29,377 bases of DNA from an uncultured Thermoanaerobaculia bacterium (GTDB lineage: Bacteria; Acidobacteriota; Thermoanaerobaculia; Multivoradales; UBA5704). Below, piece after piece: positions 1 to 8,971 of the stretch (position 1 is its first letter; every line of letters begins with the position of its first letter). Both the position numbers and the translations under genes were made by a program. The stretch spans positions 1-29,377 of the forward strand of contig CAXTNS010000005.1 in assembly GCA_964245465.1 (NCBI GenBank), in the 5' to 3' direction. The notes below the pieces were generated by a model. The model saw nothing but the letters and a program-made list of their open reading frames with translations. It did no database searches and was not told the DNA's origin.

Positions 1-2
1 AC

Positions 3-1814
3 ACGGCCGTCATCAACCGGATGACGCTGGAGGTGCCCTGGGAGGAGCTGGGGCACGGCCCGGTGGGGGAGTACCTGGAGGTGGTGGACGTCGATCCGGC
101 GAGCGGGTGTTGCTACGCGCCCGTCAATCTCAACCATCCCGATCTCCTGGCCATGGACGGCCTCGACCCGGCCGAGGGCGACCCCCAGTTCCACCAGCAG
201 ATGGTCTACGCGGTGGCCATGACCACCATCCGCAATTTCGAGCGGGCGCTCGGTCGCCGGGTCTTCTGGTCCGAGGCCGGTCCGGACCAGAAATACGCCT
301 TCGTGCGGCGCCTGCGCATCTACCCCCATGCCCTGCGCGAGGCCAACGCCTACTACAGCCCGCAGAAGAAGGCCCTGCTCTTCGGCTACTTCCCGGCCTC
401 GACCTCCGACCCGGGACACAACCTGCCGGGCGGCACCGTGTTCGCCTGCCTGTCGCACGACATCATCGCCCACGAGACCACGCACGCCCTGCTCGACGGC
501 CTGCACCGCCGCTTCATCGAGCCCAGCAACCAGGACGCCCTGGCCCTGCACGAGGCGTTCGCGGACGTGGTGGCCCTGTTCCAGCACTTCTCGTTCCCCG
601 AGGTGCTGCGCCACCAGATCTCCCGCACGCGCGGGGATCTCGCGTCGCAGAACATCCTTGCGGAGCTCGCGAACCAGTTCGGCCAGGCCATCGGCAGCTA
701 CGGCGCCCTGCGCGACGCCCTGGGGGCGATCGATCCGGACACCCGGGAGTGGCGGTCCAAGGAGCCCAATCCGGCGGACCTCCAGACCCTCCATGAGCCC
801 CACGGCCGCGGTGCCATCCTGGTGGCGGCGGTGTTCGAGGCCTTCCTCGCCATCTACAAGTCGCGCATCGCCGATCTGCTGCGCATCGCGACGGGCGGCA
901 CGGGCGTGCTGCCCCAGGGCGCCATTCACCCCGACCTCGTGGACCGCATGGCCCGGGAGGCGGCCGTCACCTCCGGGCAGATCCTGAACATGTGCATCCG
1001 CGCCCTGGACTACTGCCCGCCCGTGGACATCGACTTCGGTGACTATCTGAGAGCGCTGGTCACCGCGGACCGTGACCTGGTGCCGGAAGACGAACGGCGT
1101 TATCGGATCGCCATCATCGAGGCCTTCCGGCGCCGCGGCATCTATCCCAAGGGAGTGCGCAGCCTCTCGGCCGAGAGCCTCTGCTGGGCCGGTCCGGCGG
1201 CGGACGAGATGCCGACGTTCCAGAAGCTGTTGCCCACGGCCGAGTACCTGAAGCGGGTGGAGCCCGACTGGTCGCTCGATTCCGACCGCGAGGCGGCCTG
1301 GAAAGCCGCCCAGGCCAGCGCGGCGCAGGTGCATGACTGGCTGGCGGACGTGGGCCGGCCGCTCGGCTCCTCTCTGGGTCTCGCCCTGGAGGCCGACGCC
1401 CCGCGGTCCATCCGGCGCGGCGAGAACGGCCTGCCCATTTTCGAGGTCCACGCCGTGCGGCCTGCCCGGCGCGTCTCGCCGAACGGCGAGTCGAGCGTCG
1501 ACCTGGTGATCGAGATCACCCAGAAGCGGCACGGCTATCTCGATCCCGAGCTCCAGGCCATGGTTGACGCGGGCAGGATCGATCCGCCCCCGGAGGACTT
1601 CTGGTTCCGCGGCGGCGCCACGGTCCTGGTCAACCTGGAGAGCCGCGAGGTCCGCTACTCCATCGGCAAGGGGATCACGAGCGCCGACCGGCTGGAGCGC
1701 CAGCGCCGGTACGTCTCGGGCGACTCGGACGGCTCGCTCGCGGCCACCTACTTCGGCGATCCCAGGATCCGCGACGAGGCCGAGCCGTTCGCGCTCCTTC
1801 ACCGCTCTCTCTGA
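3..1814 (+). CDS. Thermolysin-like (M4/gluzincin) zinc metallopeptidase-domain protein, 5'-truncated by the window edge
   Basis: The frame is open back to position 3 (TAVINR precedes the track's Met at 21). HETTH (HExxH) is followed by LHEAFAD (third Zn ligand, like thermolysin NEAFSD). An ANAYY substrate-strand motif is present. Confidence 0.8.
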   Translation, partial: TAVINRMTLEVPWEELGHGPVGEYLEVVDVDPASGCCYAPVNLNHPDLLAMDGLDPAEGDPQFHQQMVYAVAMTTIRNFERALGRRVFWSEAGPDQKYAFVRRLRIYPHALREANAYYSPQKKALLFGYFPASTSDPGHNLPGGTVFACLSHDIIAHETTHALLDGLHRRFIEPSNQDALALHEAFADVVALFQHFSFPEVLRHQISRTRGDLASQNILAELANQFGQAIGSYGALRDALGAIDPDTREWRSKEPNPADLQTLHEPHGRGAILVAAVFEAFLAIYKSRIADLLRIATGGTGVLPQGAIHPDLVDRMAREAAVTSGQILNMCIRALDYCPPVDIDFGDYLRALVTADRDLVPEDERRYRIAIIEAFRRRGIYPKGVRSLSAESLCWAGPAADEMPTFQKLLPTAEYLKRVEPDWSLDSDREAAWKAAQASAAQVHDWLADVGRPLGSSLGLALEADAPRSIRRGENGLPIFEVHAVRPARRVSPNGESSVDLVIEITQKRHGYLDPELQAMVDAGRIDPPPEDFWFRGGATVLVNLESREVRYSIGKGITSADRLERQRRYVSGDSDGSLAATYFGDPRIRDEAEPFALLHRSL

Positions 1815-1835
1815 TCCGGTATGAGGAGGAACGCC

Positions 1836-3347
1836 ATGGCCACTCCCGTCCCCGAGATGAAAGCTCCCGGCTCCGGCGTCACGGTGCGCATGTACCGCCA
1901 AGGGCTCGGCGACTGCTTCCTGCTGGCCTTCCCCCCGTCCCGCGGCTCCAGGCCCTGCTTCATGCTGATCGACTGCGGTGTGCTTCTCGGCACGCCCGAG
2001 GGCGAAGGCAAGGTCCGCAAGGTCGTGGAGCACATCCTTGGATCGACCGGCGGGCGCATCGACGTGCTCGTGGCAACCCACGATCACTGGGACCACCTCT
2101 CCGGATTCGAACAGGCACATGACCTCTTCGAGAAGTTGAAGATCGGCGAGGTCTGGGTGGCCTGGACGGAGGACCCGGAGGACCCGGTGTCCCGCTCCCT
2201 GCGCAAGGAGCGGACCGCCGCGTTGCGTGCCCTGACCGCCACGGTGTCTCACCTGCGGATGAACGGCGATGCCGGCGACATCGAATCCACCCGGAAGGCG
2301 GAAGGGATCGATGCGGTCCTCGGCTTCTTCGGCGACCTGTCCAGCCTCGGGGTGGACGGCAAGCCTGCCGGCATCGAGCGCGCCATGGACTACGTGGTCG
2401 GCCGGGGCAAGCCGCCGCGCTACCGCACCCCGGGCGAAGGGCCCCTCTCCATTCCGGGAGCCGACGGGGTGCGTGTCTACGTGCTCGGCCCGCCGAAAGA
2501 CCTCGACTTCCTGAAGCGCTCCGATCCGCGCAAGGGAGAGGCCTACGAGGCCCGGCTGGCCCTCGACGAGAAGACGGCCTTCGTCGCCGCCGTGCTCCAT
2601 GCCCAGGAGAAGACAGGCGAGTTGGGTGACCGCGGGATGAGCCCCGAGGAGAAGGAGGTCGCCCGGCTGGCCTTTCCCTTCGACAAAGTCTTCCGGGTCG
2701 ATCCCAAGGACGCGAAGCAGGACCCCTTCTTCCAGGAGCTCTATTACGGAGTTTCGGGCGAGCCCTCCGAGAAGGGCCTCGAGTGGCGCCGCATCGAGTC
2801 GGACTGGATGGGCGCGGCCGGCAGCCTGGCCCTGAAGCTCGACAGCGACACCAACAACACCAGCCTGGCCCTGGCCATCGAGCTCGTCCCCAGCGGCAAG
2901 GTTCTCCTCTTCCCAGGCGACGCCCAGGCGGGCAACTGGAACTCCTGGCACAAGCTGGAGTGGCAGCGGAAGGACGATCCGGACCACCCCCTGACGGTCG
3001 CGGACCTCATGCGCCGCACCGTCCTCTACAAGGTGGGGCACCACGCCAGCCACAACGCTACCCTGCGCGACAAGGGCCTGGAGCTGATGGTGGATCCCGA
3101 CCTGGTCGCCATGATCCCGGTCGACGAGAAGATGGCCCACAAGCCCAAGGGGGGAAGTCCCAGGGGCTGGGACATGCCCTTCCCGCCACTGCTCCAAAGG
3201 CTCCAGGAGAAGACCAACGGCCGGGTCCTCCGGGTCGACCAGGGCCTGCCTGAGCGCCCTTCCAGGGTGCCGGCCGGGGAGTGGAAGCGGTTCTCCGCCT
3301 GTTGCGTGGAGGACGACCTGTATCTGGATTTCACGGTGGAGGGGTGA
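1836..3347 (+). CDS. MBL-fold metallo-hydrolase (ComEC/Rec2-like)
   Basis: LIDCG, THDHWDH (HxHxDH), LFPGDAQ and KVGHH motifs. Start placed at ATG 1836 because AGGAGG lies at 1824-1829; the track start is 1821. Confidence 0.85.
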   Translation: MATPVPEMKAPGSGVTVRMYRQGLGDCFLLAFPPSRGSRPCFMLIDCGVLLGTPEGEGKVRKVVEHILGSTGGRIDVLVATHDHWDHLSGFEQAHDLFEKLKIGEVWVAWTEDPEDPVSRSLRKERTAALRALTATVSHLRMNGDAGDIESTRKAEGIDAVLGFFGDLSSLGVDGKPAGIERAMDYVVGRGKPPRYRTPGEGPLSIPGADGVRVYVLGPPKDLDFLKRSDPRKGEAYEARLALDEKTAFVAAVLHAQEKTGELGDRGMSPEEKEVARLAFPFDKVFRVDPKDAKQDPFFQELYYGVSGEPSEKGLEWRRIESDWMGAAGSLALKLDSDTNNTSLALAIELVPSGKVLLFPGDAQAGNWNSWHKLEWQRKDDPDHPLTVADLMRRTVLYKVGHHASHNATLRDKGLELMVDPDLVAMIPVDEKMAHKPKGGSPRGWDMPFPPLLQRLQEKTNGRVLRVDQGLPERPSRVPAGEWKRFSACCVEDDLYLDFTVEG

Positions 3348-3394
3348 CGCCGGCAGGAGTAAGATGGGCACAGCGTTCTTTCGCGCCCAGAGCC

Positions 3395-3598
3395 ATGACG
3401 TCCCAGACCTCCGAAATGTGGTTGCCCCTGACGCTGTTCTGTCTTTTCGCACTGCTCAGCGTGGTGGGAGCCTATCTGGCCGCCGCGCACCTGAAGGGGC
3501 GGGCGGCGGGGTTGTGGGCTGCCCTGGGGACGGCGCTGTTCTTTGGCGCCCTGTTCGTGGGACTCGAATTCCTGCTCCGGAGCGGCGGCGTGCTCTGA
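3395..3598 (+). CDS. Small two-helix membrane protein (67 aa), hypothetical
   Basis: 3' part of ORF 3281..3598 from ATG 3395. Two hydrophobic stretches (WLPLTLFCLFALLSVVGAYLAAA; LWAALGTALFFGALFVGLEFLL). Fills the gap between two real genes. Confidence 0.6.
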   Translation: MTSQTSEMWLPLTLFCLFALLSVVGAYLAAAHLKGRAAGLWAALGTALFFGALFVGLEFLLRSGGVL

Positions 3599-3627
3599 GG
3601 CGGGGGGATTTCTGGTGGATCGCGGAA

Positions 3628-4161
3628 ATGTCGGATTCTGAATACGAGATCGAGAAGCTGGTCACCGTCGAGACGTTCTCCTCCTCCTGGGAGGCGCAGC
3701 TCGCCCGCGCCTGCCTGGAAGCCGAGGGTATCCACTCGGTCATCGCGGACGAGCACTTCCACCGTCTCTACAACGCCCTTTCGAGCACGCTGGGAGGAGT
3801 GCGCCTCCAGGTCCACCCCGAGGACGCCGGCCCGGCCGCCGAGCTGCTGCGCAACCGCCGGCCCATCCTCTACCTGGTGACGGAGGACGACAGCCAGCCC
3901 GTCTTCGAGGAGATCGAAGAGCCGGTGGCCCTGGTCGTCGTCGGCCGTTTCCTGACGCCCTGGGAGGCCCACCTCGCCCGTACCCTCCTGGAATCCGAGG
4001 GAATCGACGCCTGCGTCCACGAGGAGCGACTGCCCACCGTGAGCCTCCTCACGGGCGAGCCGGCCGCCCTGAGCCGTGTGGAGGTTCACCCCGAGGACGC
4101 CGAGCGCGCCTTGGAGATCCTGGCCGAGGTCGAGGAGCTGGACGAGGCCTCGGAGCCGTAG
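3628..4161 (+). CDS. Tandem DUF2007 (putative signal-transducing) domain protein
   Basis: Two copies of the pattern V..F....EA.LAR..LE.EGI...V.....V.VHPEDA..A.E.L. The upstream part of ORF 3364 overlaps another gene, so start set at ATG 3628. Confidence 0.75.
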   Translation: MSDSEYEIEKLVTVETFSSSWEAQLARACLEAEGIHSVIADEHFHRLYNALSSTLGGVRLQVHPEDAGPAAELLRNRRPILYLVTEDDSQPVFEEIEEPVALVVVGRFLTPWEAHLARTLLESEGIDACVHEERLPTVSLLTGEPAALSRVEVHPEDAERALEILAEVEELDEASEP

Positions 4162-4164
4162 CCC

Positions 4165-6837
4165 TCACTCTTGGCCACGGGACAGTCCGGCACGTCTTCT
4201 TCTCGTAGAGCGAGCCTTCGTTTTCCTCTTGGCGGCAGAGGCCTTCTGGGCTCTTTGCTCTTTGACTTTTTCTCGCAGCCGTGCCAAATCCTCACCCGCC
4301 CTCTGCGTGTGGGTATGAGCGGGGCCGAGGCTCGCCTCGAAGACGTCCCGAGCCCGCTGGAGGTTCTCTGCCGCTTCGGACAGTCGGCCCTGAGCCTGGA
4401 GGAGAGAGGCCAGGTTGTGGAGGTCAAACGCCACGTCCGGATGATCCGGGCCGGAGGAGGTCTCGTCGATCTTCAGTGCTTCTAGCAACAGAGGCTCGGC
4501 TTCCCGCGAGCGGCCGTCCCTGTGCAACAGGTCGGCGAGATTGCTGAGGTCGCGGGCAACGTTAGGATGGGTTGGCCCGAAAGCGGCCCGGTCGATCTCC
4601 AGCGCGCACCGCAGCAGCGGCTCGGCTTCTTTCAGATTCGCGGTCGTCCGGATCTCAAGCCGGGCAAAATTCGTCAGGTGGATGGCATGGGTGTGCCCCT
4701 GGTTCCGGGCGGCTTCATCTATGGCGAGCACCCGCCGCATTAGGTCCTTGGCTTCGCTCAACCGGTCCTTATTCTCCTCTAGCAGATTCGCCAGGTTGTT
4801 GAGGATGGGAGCGACGTTGGGATGGGATTCCCCGAAGGTCTGTTCGTAGATTGCCAAGGCTTCGCGCAGGAGAGACTCCGCTTGGGTCAGGTCACCTTGA
4901 GCCCGGACGAGGCTCGCGAGCGTATCGAGGTCGCGAGCGACGCTGGGATGGGTCAGACCCGATGCGGTTTTGTCGATAAGCAAGGCCTTGCGCACAAGAG
5001 ATTCCGCTTCGTCCGGGCGGCTTGTCTTACGAAGCTGCGCCAAGTTGTGCATAGCGGTCGCGACCGCCGGGACAGCGCCGAACTCTTTTTGGCCGATGGC
5101 GAGGGCCTCCTCCATCAGGCGCTCCGCTTCCTGGGAATGAATTGACCGGGAGCCGAGCAGTGTGGCGAGCTGATTCATCAGCCGGAAGGCGCGGGCTCCG
5201 AGGCTATGACGCCGTGCGTGCTCGATCACTTGGGCGGCGTGTGGCCGCAGGCGGTCCCATAAGGGCCAGCAGCGTTCGTCGTTCGGATCCGGGGAGAAGT
5301 CGTCGACGAGCCGCAGAGCGCTCTCCACCCAAAAACCCCGGCGTCCCAAAGGAATCCGATGGCGAGTCGCCTCCTGGACCACCCGTTGAACAGCGATCAC
5401 ACCGCCGCTCCAGCGAACCATTGAGTAGTCGGCCAGGTCCGCCAAGGCTTCTCGCGGCGAGGAGCGAACCGCAGGCTGCTCCATTTCCGCCTGCAATCCC
5501 TCTTCCGCCTGGGCCAGTACCTCAGAGCCGGACAGGATCAGGGCCTCCGGAATGGACTCGGGGGCAAGATAGGCGAGCAGGCGCAGAAGGGCTTCAGCGG
5601 TTGGGCCGAGTTGACTGACGGTTTGCTGATAGGTAACCGCCATGGAGCGGTCATAGCTCGTCGTCTTTGGATCGAACCAGTCGAGGAGTTTGGCCTCTTG
5701 CCCCCAACTCTCCCGGTACTGCCCCAGTGTCATCCGGTTACGAAGAACGTAGGTGGCGGCCTGTTCCAAGGCGAGGGGGAGTCCTCCAAGGATCTCGGCT
5801 AGACGGCTCGCCTCGTCGCTTTCGTCAACAACCCGAGAGTCTGAGGCGATGCGTTGCAAGAGGTAGTGGGCCGCATCCTTCACGGAGATGGGCGCGACCT
5901 CTTGTAGGGCCAGTCCAGGGGGCCAGCGGCTGATCCGGGAGGTCATGAGCACTTGGCCGCTGGGCAGCAGAGGGAGTTGTTCGATCACCGCCCTCGCGGC
6001 TTCCTCGGTGTCAATGCCGTCCAGGATCAGGAGCCAGCCGGGATTGTCTCGCAGCCAACGCAGGACAGCTTCGTAGGCCATCTCCTCCGACCGTGCCTCC
6101 TGTTGAGGCGAGCCGATGAGCCCAGCCAAGGCCGCGAGTTGGGCCCTGAGCCTCTCTCCAGACCGAGCGGATACGAAGAAGGCCGCCTTATAGGAAACTC
6201 CATGACGCCGGGCGTACTCCACGGCCAAGCGCGTCTTGCCCACTCCACCGAGCCCGTGGAGCACTCTCGTCTGCACGGTCAGTGGGGCCGAGCTCTCGCC
6301 CCCCAAGGCGGTCCAGAGAGCCGCCAGGTTTGCATCCCGGCCCTGGAAAGACTCACCGAGGGAAAATGGGACATTCTGAAGCGGGGCTGAAGTCGAGCCT
6401 TGCTTTGCCTCTTTCTGCCTCGGTGGCCGCTTCCCCCGGATTTCCGAGATCAGCCTCTCGAGATTACGGCCGGAGATCCCATCACGCAGATCGACCCAGG
6501 TAAACAGGCTGAGAAAGGACGGGAGGTCCGGCTGACGGGGTGCCCCTGGTAGTAGAACCGGGATGACAGGCTTGTTCTGGTCGACATGCTCATTGAGGAG
6601 GGCTCGCATTTCCAGCTCTTCCCAAGGGCCGAAACCATCCCGACCAACCAGCACCACGGCTGAGCGAGCGCAGGTTACGGCATTTTCAATCTCCCGCTGC
6701 CAGTCAGCACCCGGATGGAGATCCTCTTCGTCGAACCACGGCTTGATCCGGCGTCGACGCAGGATCTTGTAGAGTTCCCGGACCTCGTCCTTGTTGCGGC
6801 TGTTATGGCTTAGAAAAACGTCGACTTCTGCGCCCAT
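4165..6837 (-). CDS. TIR - STAND/NB-ARC-like P-loop NTPase - TPR protein
   Basis: N-terminal VFLSHNS...WFDEEDL...PWEELE (TIR). Walker A GLGGVGKT, Walker B LLILDGID, GGLPLALEQA. About 7-8 C-terminal ~42-aa TPRs (HPxVAxxLxNLAxLL). Confidence 0.9.
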   Translation of the reverse strand: MGAEVDVFLSHNSRNKDEVRELYKILRRRRIKPWFDEEDLHPGADWQREIENAVTCARSAVVLVGRDGFGPWEELEMRALLNEHVDQNKPVIPVLLPGAPRQPDLPSFLSLFTWVDLRDGISGRNLERLISEIRGKRPPRQKEAKQGSTSAPLQNVPFSLGESFQGRDANLAALWTALGGESSAPLTVQTRVLHGLGGVGKTRLAVEYARRHGVSYKAAFFVSARSGERLRAQLAALAGLIGSPQQEARSEEMAYEAVLRWLRDNPGWLLILDGIDTEEAARAVIEQLPLLPSGQVLMTSRISRWPPGLALQEVAPISVKDAAHYLLQRIASDSRVVDESDEASRLAEILGGLPLALEQAATYVLRNRMTLGQYRESWGQEAKLLDWFDPKTTSYDRSMAVTYQQTVSQLGPTAEALLRLLAYLAPESIPEALILSGSEVLAQAEEGLQAEMEQPAVRSSPREALADLADYSMVRWSGGVIAVQRVVQEATRHRIPLGRRGFWVESALRLVDDFSPDPNDERCWPLWDRLRPHAAQVIEHARRHSLGARAFRLMNQLATLLGSRSIHSQEAERLMEEALAIGQKEFGAVPAVATAMHNLAQLRKTSRPDEAESLVRKALLIDKTASGLTHPSVARDLDTLASLVRAQGDLTQAESLLREALAIYEQTFGESHPNVAPILNNLANLLEENKDRLSEAKDLMRRVLAIDEAARNQGHTHAIHLTNFARLEIRTTANLKEAEPLLRCALEIDRAAFGPTHPNVARDLSNLADLLHRDGRSREAEPLLLEALKIDETSSGPDHPDVAFDLHNLASLLQAQGRLSEAAENLQRARDVFEASLGPAHTHTQRAGEDLARLREKVKEQRAQKASAAKRKTKARSTRRRRAGLSRGQE

Positions 6838-6885
6838 GCGGTTCTGGCTCTCCGAGTAGATGGCTATTCCCAGCGTGCTAGAATT

Positions 6886-6898
6886 ATAACCGTCGTAA
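6886..6898. promoter_or_regulatory. Overlapping divergent sigma70-type -10 elements
   Basis: Plus strand TGcTAGAAT at 6886-6894 (extended -10) faces gene 6947. Minus strand TATAAT at 6893-6898 faces the TIR gene at 6837. Confidence 0.5.
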
Positions 6899-6946
6899 TT
6901 TCGGTTGAGCGTCTGAACGACAGGGCAAGCCTGCGGAGATGAGCCT

Positions 6947-8017
6947 ATGACGACTGCGAGTCCCCCTTCCTCTTCTCCAGAGAAGAATCTGTCTTCGATC
7001 CGCGGCGAAGCTCATGGCGGTCGTCCCTTGATCCCGATCTTTCTCAGCGTCTTTTTCCTGTTGAGTGCCGGATTGTCCTGGGGACTGTACCAGCAGCAGG
7101 GGGTGATCCGGCAGAAGGACCAGGATTTGCAGCAGGCTCAGGGGCAGATCGCCTCCTTGAAGGGCGAGCTCGTGGGCTACCAACAGGTGGCGGCGAAGGT
7201 CGAGCGTCTGGATGAGATGTTCGACTCCTTCCAAGAGGATGGGAAGACAATTCCCTTCACAAAGTTCGTTGCCGCTCAGCAGGAACGGGTCACGAAGCTG
7301 GAAGAGTCGGTCCAGACCACAGAGAGGAATGACGCGGAGGCGATCTCCGGCCTCAAGGCGACGCTCTCGAGTCTGGAGGCAAGGTTCGGCGAGGCAGATA
7401 GCAAGCTACAGGCACTCGCCAATGTCGGCACTAGGCTAGCGCAGGCTGAGTCTCGCATACAGACCCAGCAGCAGGCACAGCAGCAGGTGCAGACAGCACT
7501 TGCGGAGACGAGGGAGCAGCTCAATGACCGCTTGACCCAGCAGACCAGCCGGTTGACCCAACTCACCAACTCCGTCCAAAACGTCTCTGACCTAGAAGTC
7601 CGAGCCCAGTCTCTCGGTCAGCGCCTCTCGGAACTCGAAGAGCAGGTCGGACGTAAGGCTACCAGAGAGGATCTCAGTGCCAAGCTGACGAGCGTCGACA
7701 GCCGTTTCGATCGGCTGGAGTCACGAATTACAGACTTGGAGCGGCAGGCTCTTAGCTCGGTCGTTTTGCGGGAGGGGCAAGAGGATGTGATTCCGGGAGT
7801 CGGTCTCACCGTAAAGCTCCAGCGTATCAACCCAAATAATGCGATTGACGTGGTCGTCAAGGAGGAAGGCTCCGAGTCAATGCAGCTTACGATGCCACTC
7901 GGTCAGCAAAAGGTCTTCGACTACAAGGGAGGCCGCTACAAAATTACGGTGAAAAGGATCGTGAAGGTTCCAGGCCGGATTAGAGATTTTCTGCAAGTGA
8001 CTCTCGAAACAGCTTGA
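6947..8017 (+). CDS. Membrane-anchored long coiled-coil protein with C-terminal beta-rich domain, hypothetical
   Basis: Single hydrophobic helix PLIPIFLSVFFLLSAGLSWGL, then about 230 aa of Q/E/L/R-rich heptad sequence, then an alternating hydrophobic beta-strand pattern. Confidence 0.75.
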   Translation: MTTASPPSSSPEKNLSSIRGEAHGGRPLIPIFLSVFFLLSAGLSWGLYQQQGVIRQKDQDLQQAQGQIASLKGELVGYQQVAAKVERLDEMFDSFQEDGKTIPFTKFVAAQQERVTKLEESVQTTERNDAEAISGLKATLSSLEARFGEADSKLQALANVGTRLAQAESRIQTQQQAQQQVQTALAETREQLNDRLTQQTSRLTQLTNSVQNVSDLEVRAQSLGQRLSELEEQVGRKATREDLSAKLTSVDSRFDRLESRITDLERQALSSVVLREGQEDVIPGVGLTVKLQRINPNNAIDVVVKEEGSESMQLTMPLGQQKVFDYKGGRYKITVKRIVKVPGRIRDFLQVTLETA

Positions 8018-8115
8018 ACTACCCAGTAGTCGAGACGAATTAGGCCGAAGTTGTTCCTGAAGTCCTCCTCTCTGAGCGGGAGAGGTGGTGTGTAAATTTC
8101 CTGGCACGTAGGCTC

Positions 8116-8544
8116 TTAGGAGGGTGAGAGGCCGTTCGACTTCACCTCCTCCAACTCGATCTCCTTCTTCTCCGCCGTCAGCTTCTCCGTCTTGACCTCC
8201 TGCCGCAGCCGGCCGAAGGAGCTCATGTAGACGTTGGCGATCGCCACCAGGGCGAAGAAGGCGATGAGATACCCCCGCCAGTCGTCGAGCAGCAGCCGGT
8301 ACCGGGTGAGGATCAGGAAGAAGATCGTCACGTAGTGGCTGAAGCAGTACTCGCAAGTGAAGAGGTAGAAGAACTTCCGGGCGAAGAGGCCGCGGGAGCT
8401 CTTGGATTTCTCGACGCAGTAGTCACGCGGCTCGCGGAAGATCTCCTCGTGCGTGACCGTCCACGCCACGCAGGCGATGGGAATCGCCAGCAGCACGAGC
8501 CAGATGATCTGGCGGAGCCATTCGGAGCTGAGTGGAGGGGCCAT
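8116..8544 (-). CDS. Small membrane protein with CxxC (DUF1360-like)
   Basis: Three hydrophobic segments and an LFTCEYCFSHYV motif. Start at ATG 8544 within ORF 8116..8637. Confidence 0.65.
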   Translation of the reverse strand: MAPPLSSEWLRQIIWLVLLAIPIACVAWTVTHEEIFREPRDYCVEKSKSSRGLFARKFFYLFTCEYCFSHYVTIFFLILTRYRLLLDDWRGYLIAFFALVAIANVYMSSFGRLRQEVKTEKLTAEKKEIELEEVKSNGLSPS

Positions 8545-8620
8545 GGCGGGCCAAGTTGTGCAAGAACGGGGCCTTCCCAGGCCCGATCCTTGCTGGATAG
8601 CGGGCAAGGAGGTACTGATT

Positions 8621-8839
8621 TTGCCAAATTCCCTCATCGCCAGTCCCTGGGACCCTCAAGACCCCCGCCGCGACCGCGACCCGCGCGAGCCGGACGACCA
8701 GCCGAAACGGGACGAGCCGCTGGACGATCCCGACGAGTCTCCCCTGGAGCAGCCGCCCGTGGACGACCCTTCGGAAGCTCCCGAGGACGAGCCGGCCCGC
8801 CGCGATCCGGACACGAAGGAGCCGCCGATGCAGGTCTAG
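8621..8839 (+). CDS. 72-aa Asp/Glu/Pro-rich disordered small protein, hypothetical
   Basis: AAGGAGGT at 8606-8613 followed by in-frame TTG at 8621 in ORF 8453..8839. 23 acidic residues and 18 Pro out of 72. Confidence 0.5.
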   Translation: MPNSLIASPWDPQDPRRDRDPREPDDQPKRDEPLDDPDESPLEQPPVDDPSEAPEDEPARRDPDTKEPPMQV

Positions 8840-8928
8840 AAATATGACGACCGGATCCTCCCCCAACTCGATCGGCCCCGAGGATCCGGCGTCGGATTCA
8901 GTTTCCAAGGAACACGAATTGCCCGAAA

Positions 8929-8952
8929 GGGGCGGCCCACGGGAGCCGCCCC
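8929..8952. terminator. GC-rich hairpin between convergent genes (probable terminator)
   Basis: GGGGCGGC (8929-8936) pairs with GCCGCCCC (8945-8952). No clear U-tract. Confidence 0.4.
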
Positions 8953-8971
8953 TCCGGGGAAATGGGATGGA

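Noticed and set aside
8851-8889. 10-bp inverted repeat CCGGATCCTC / GAGGATCCGG
   Set aside because: Real but with a 19-nt loop and no U-tract; cannot assign it as terminator, MITE end or operator.
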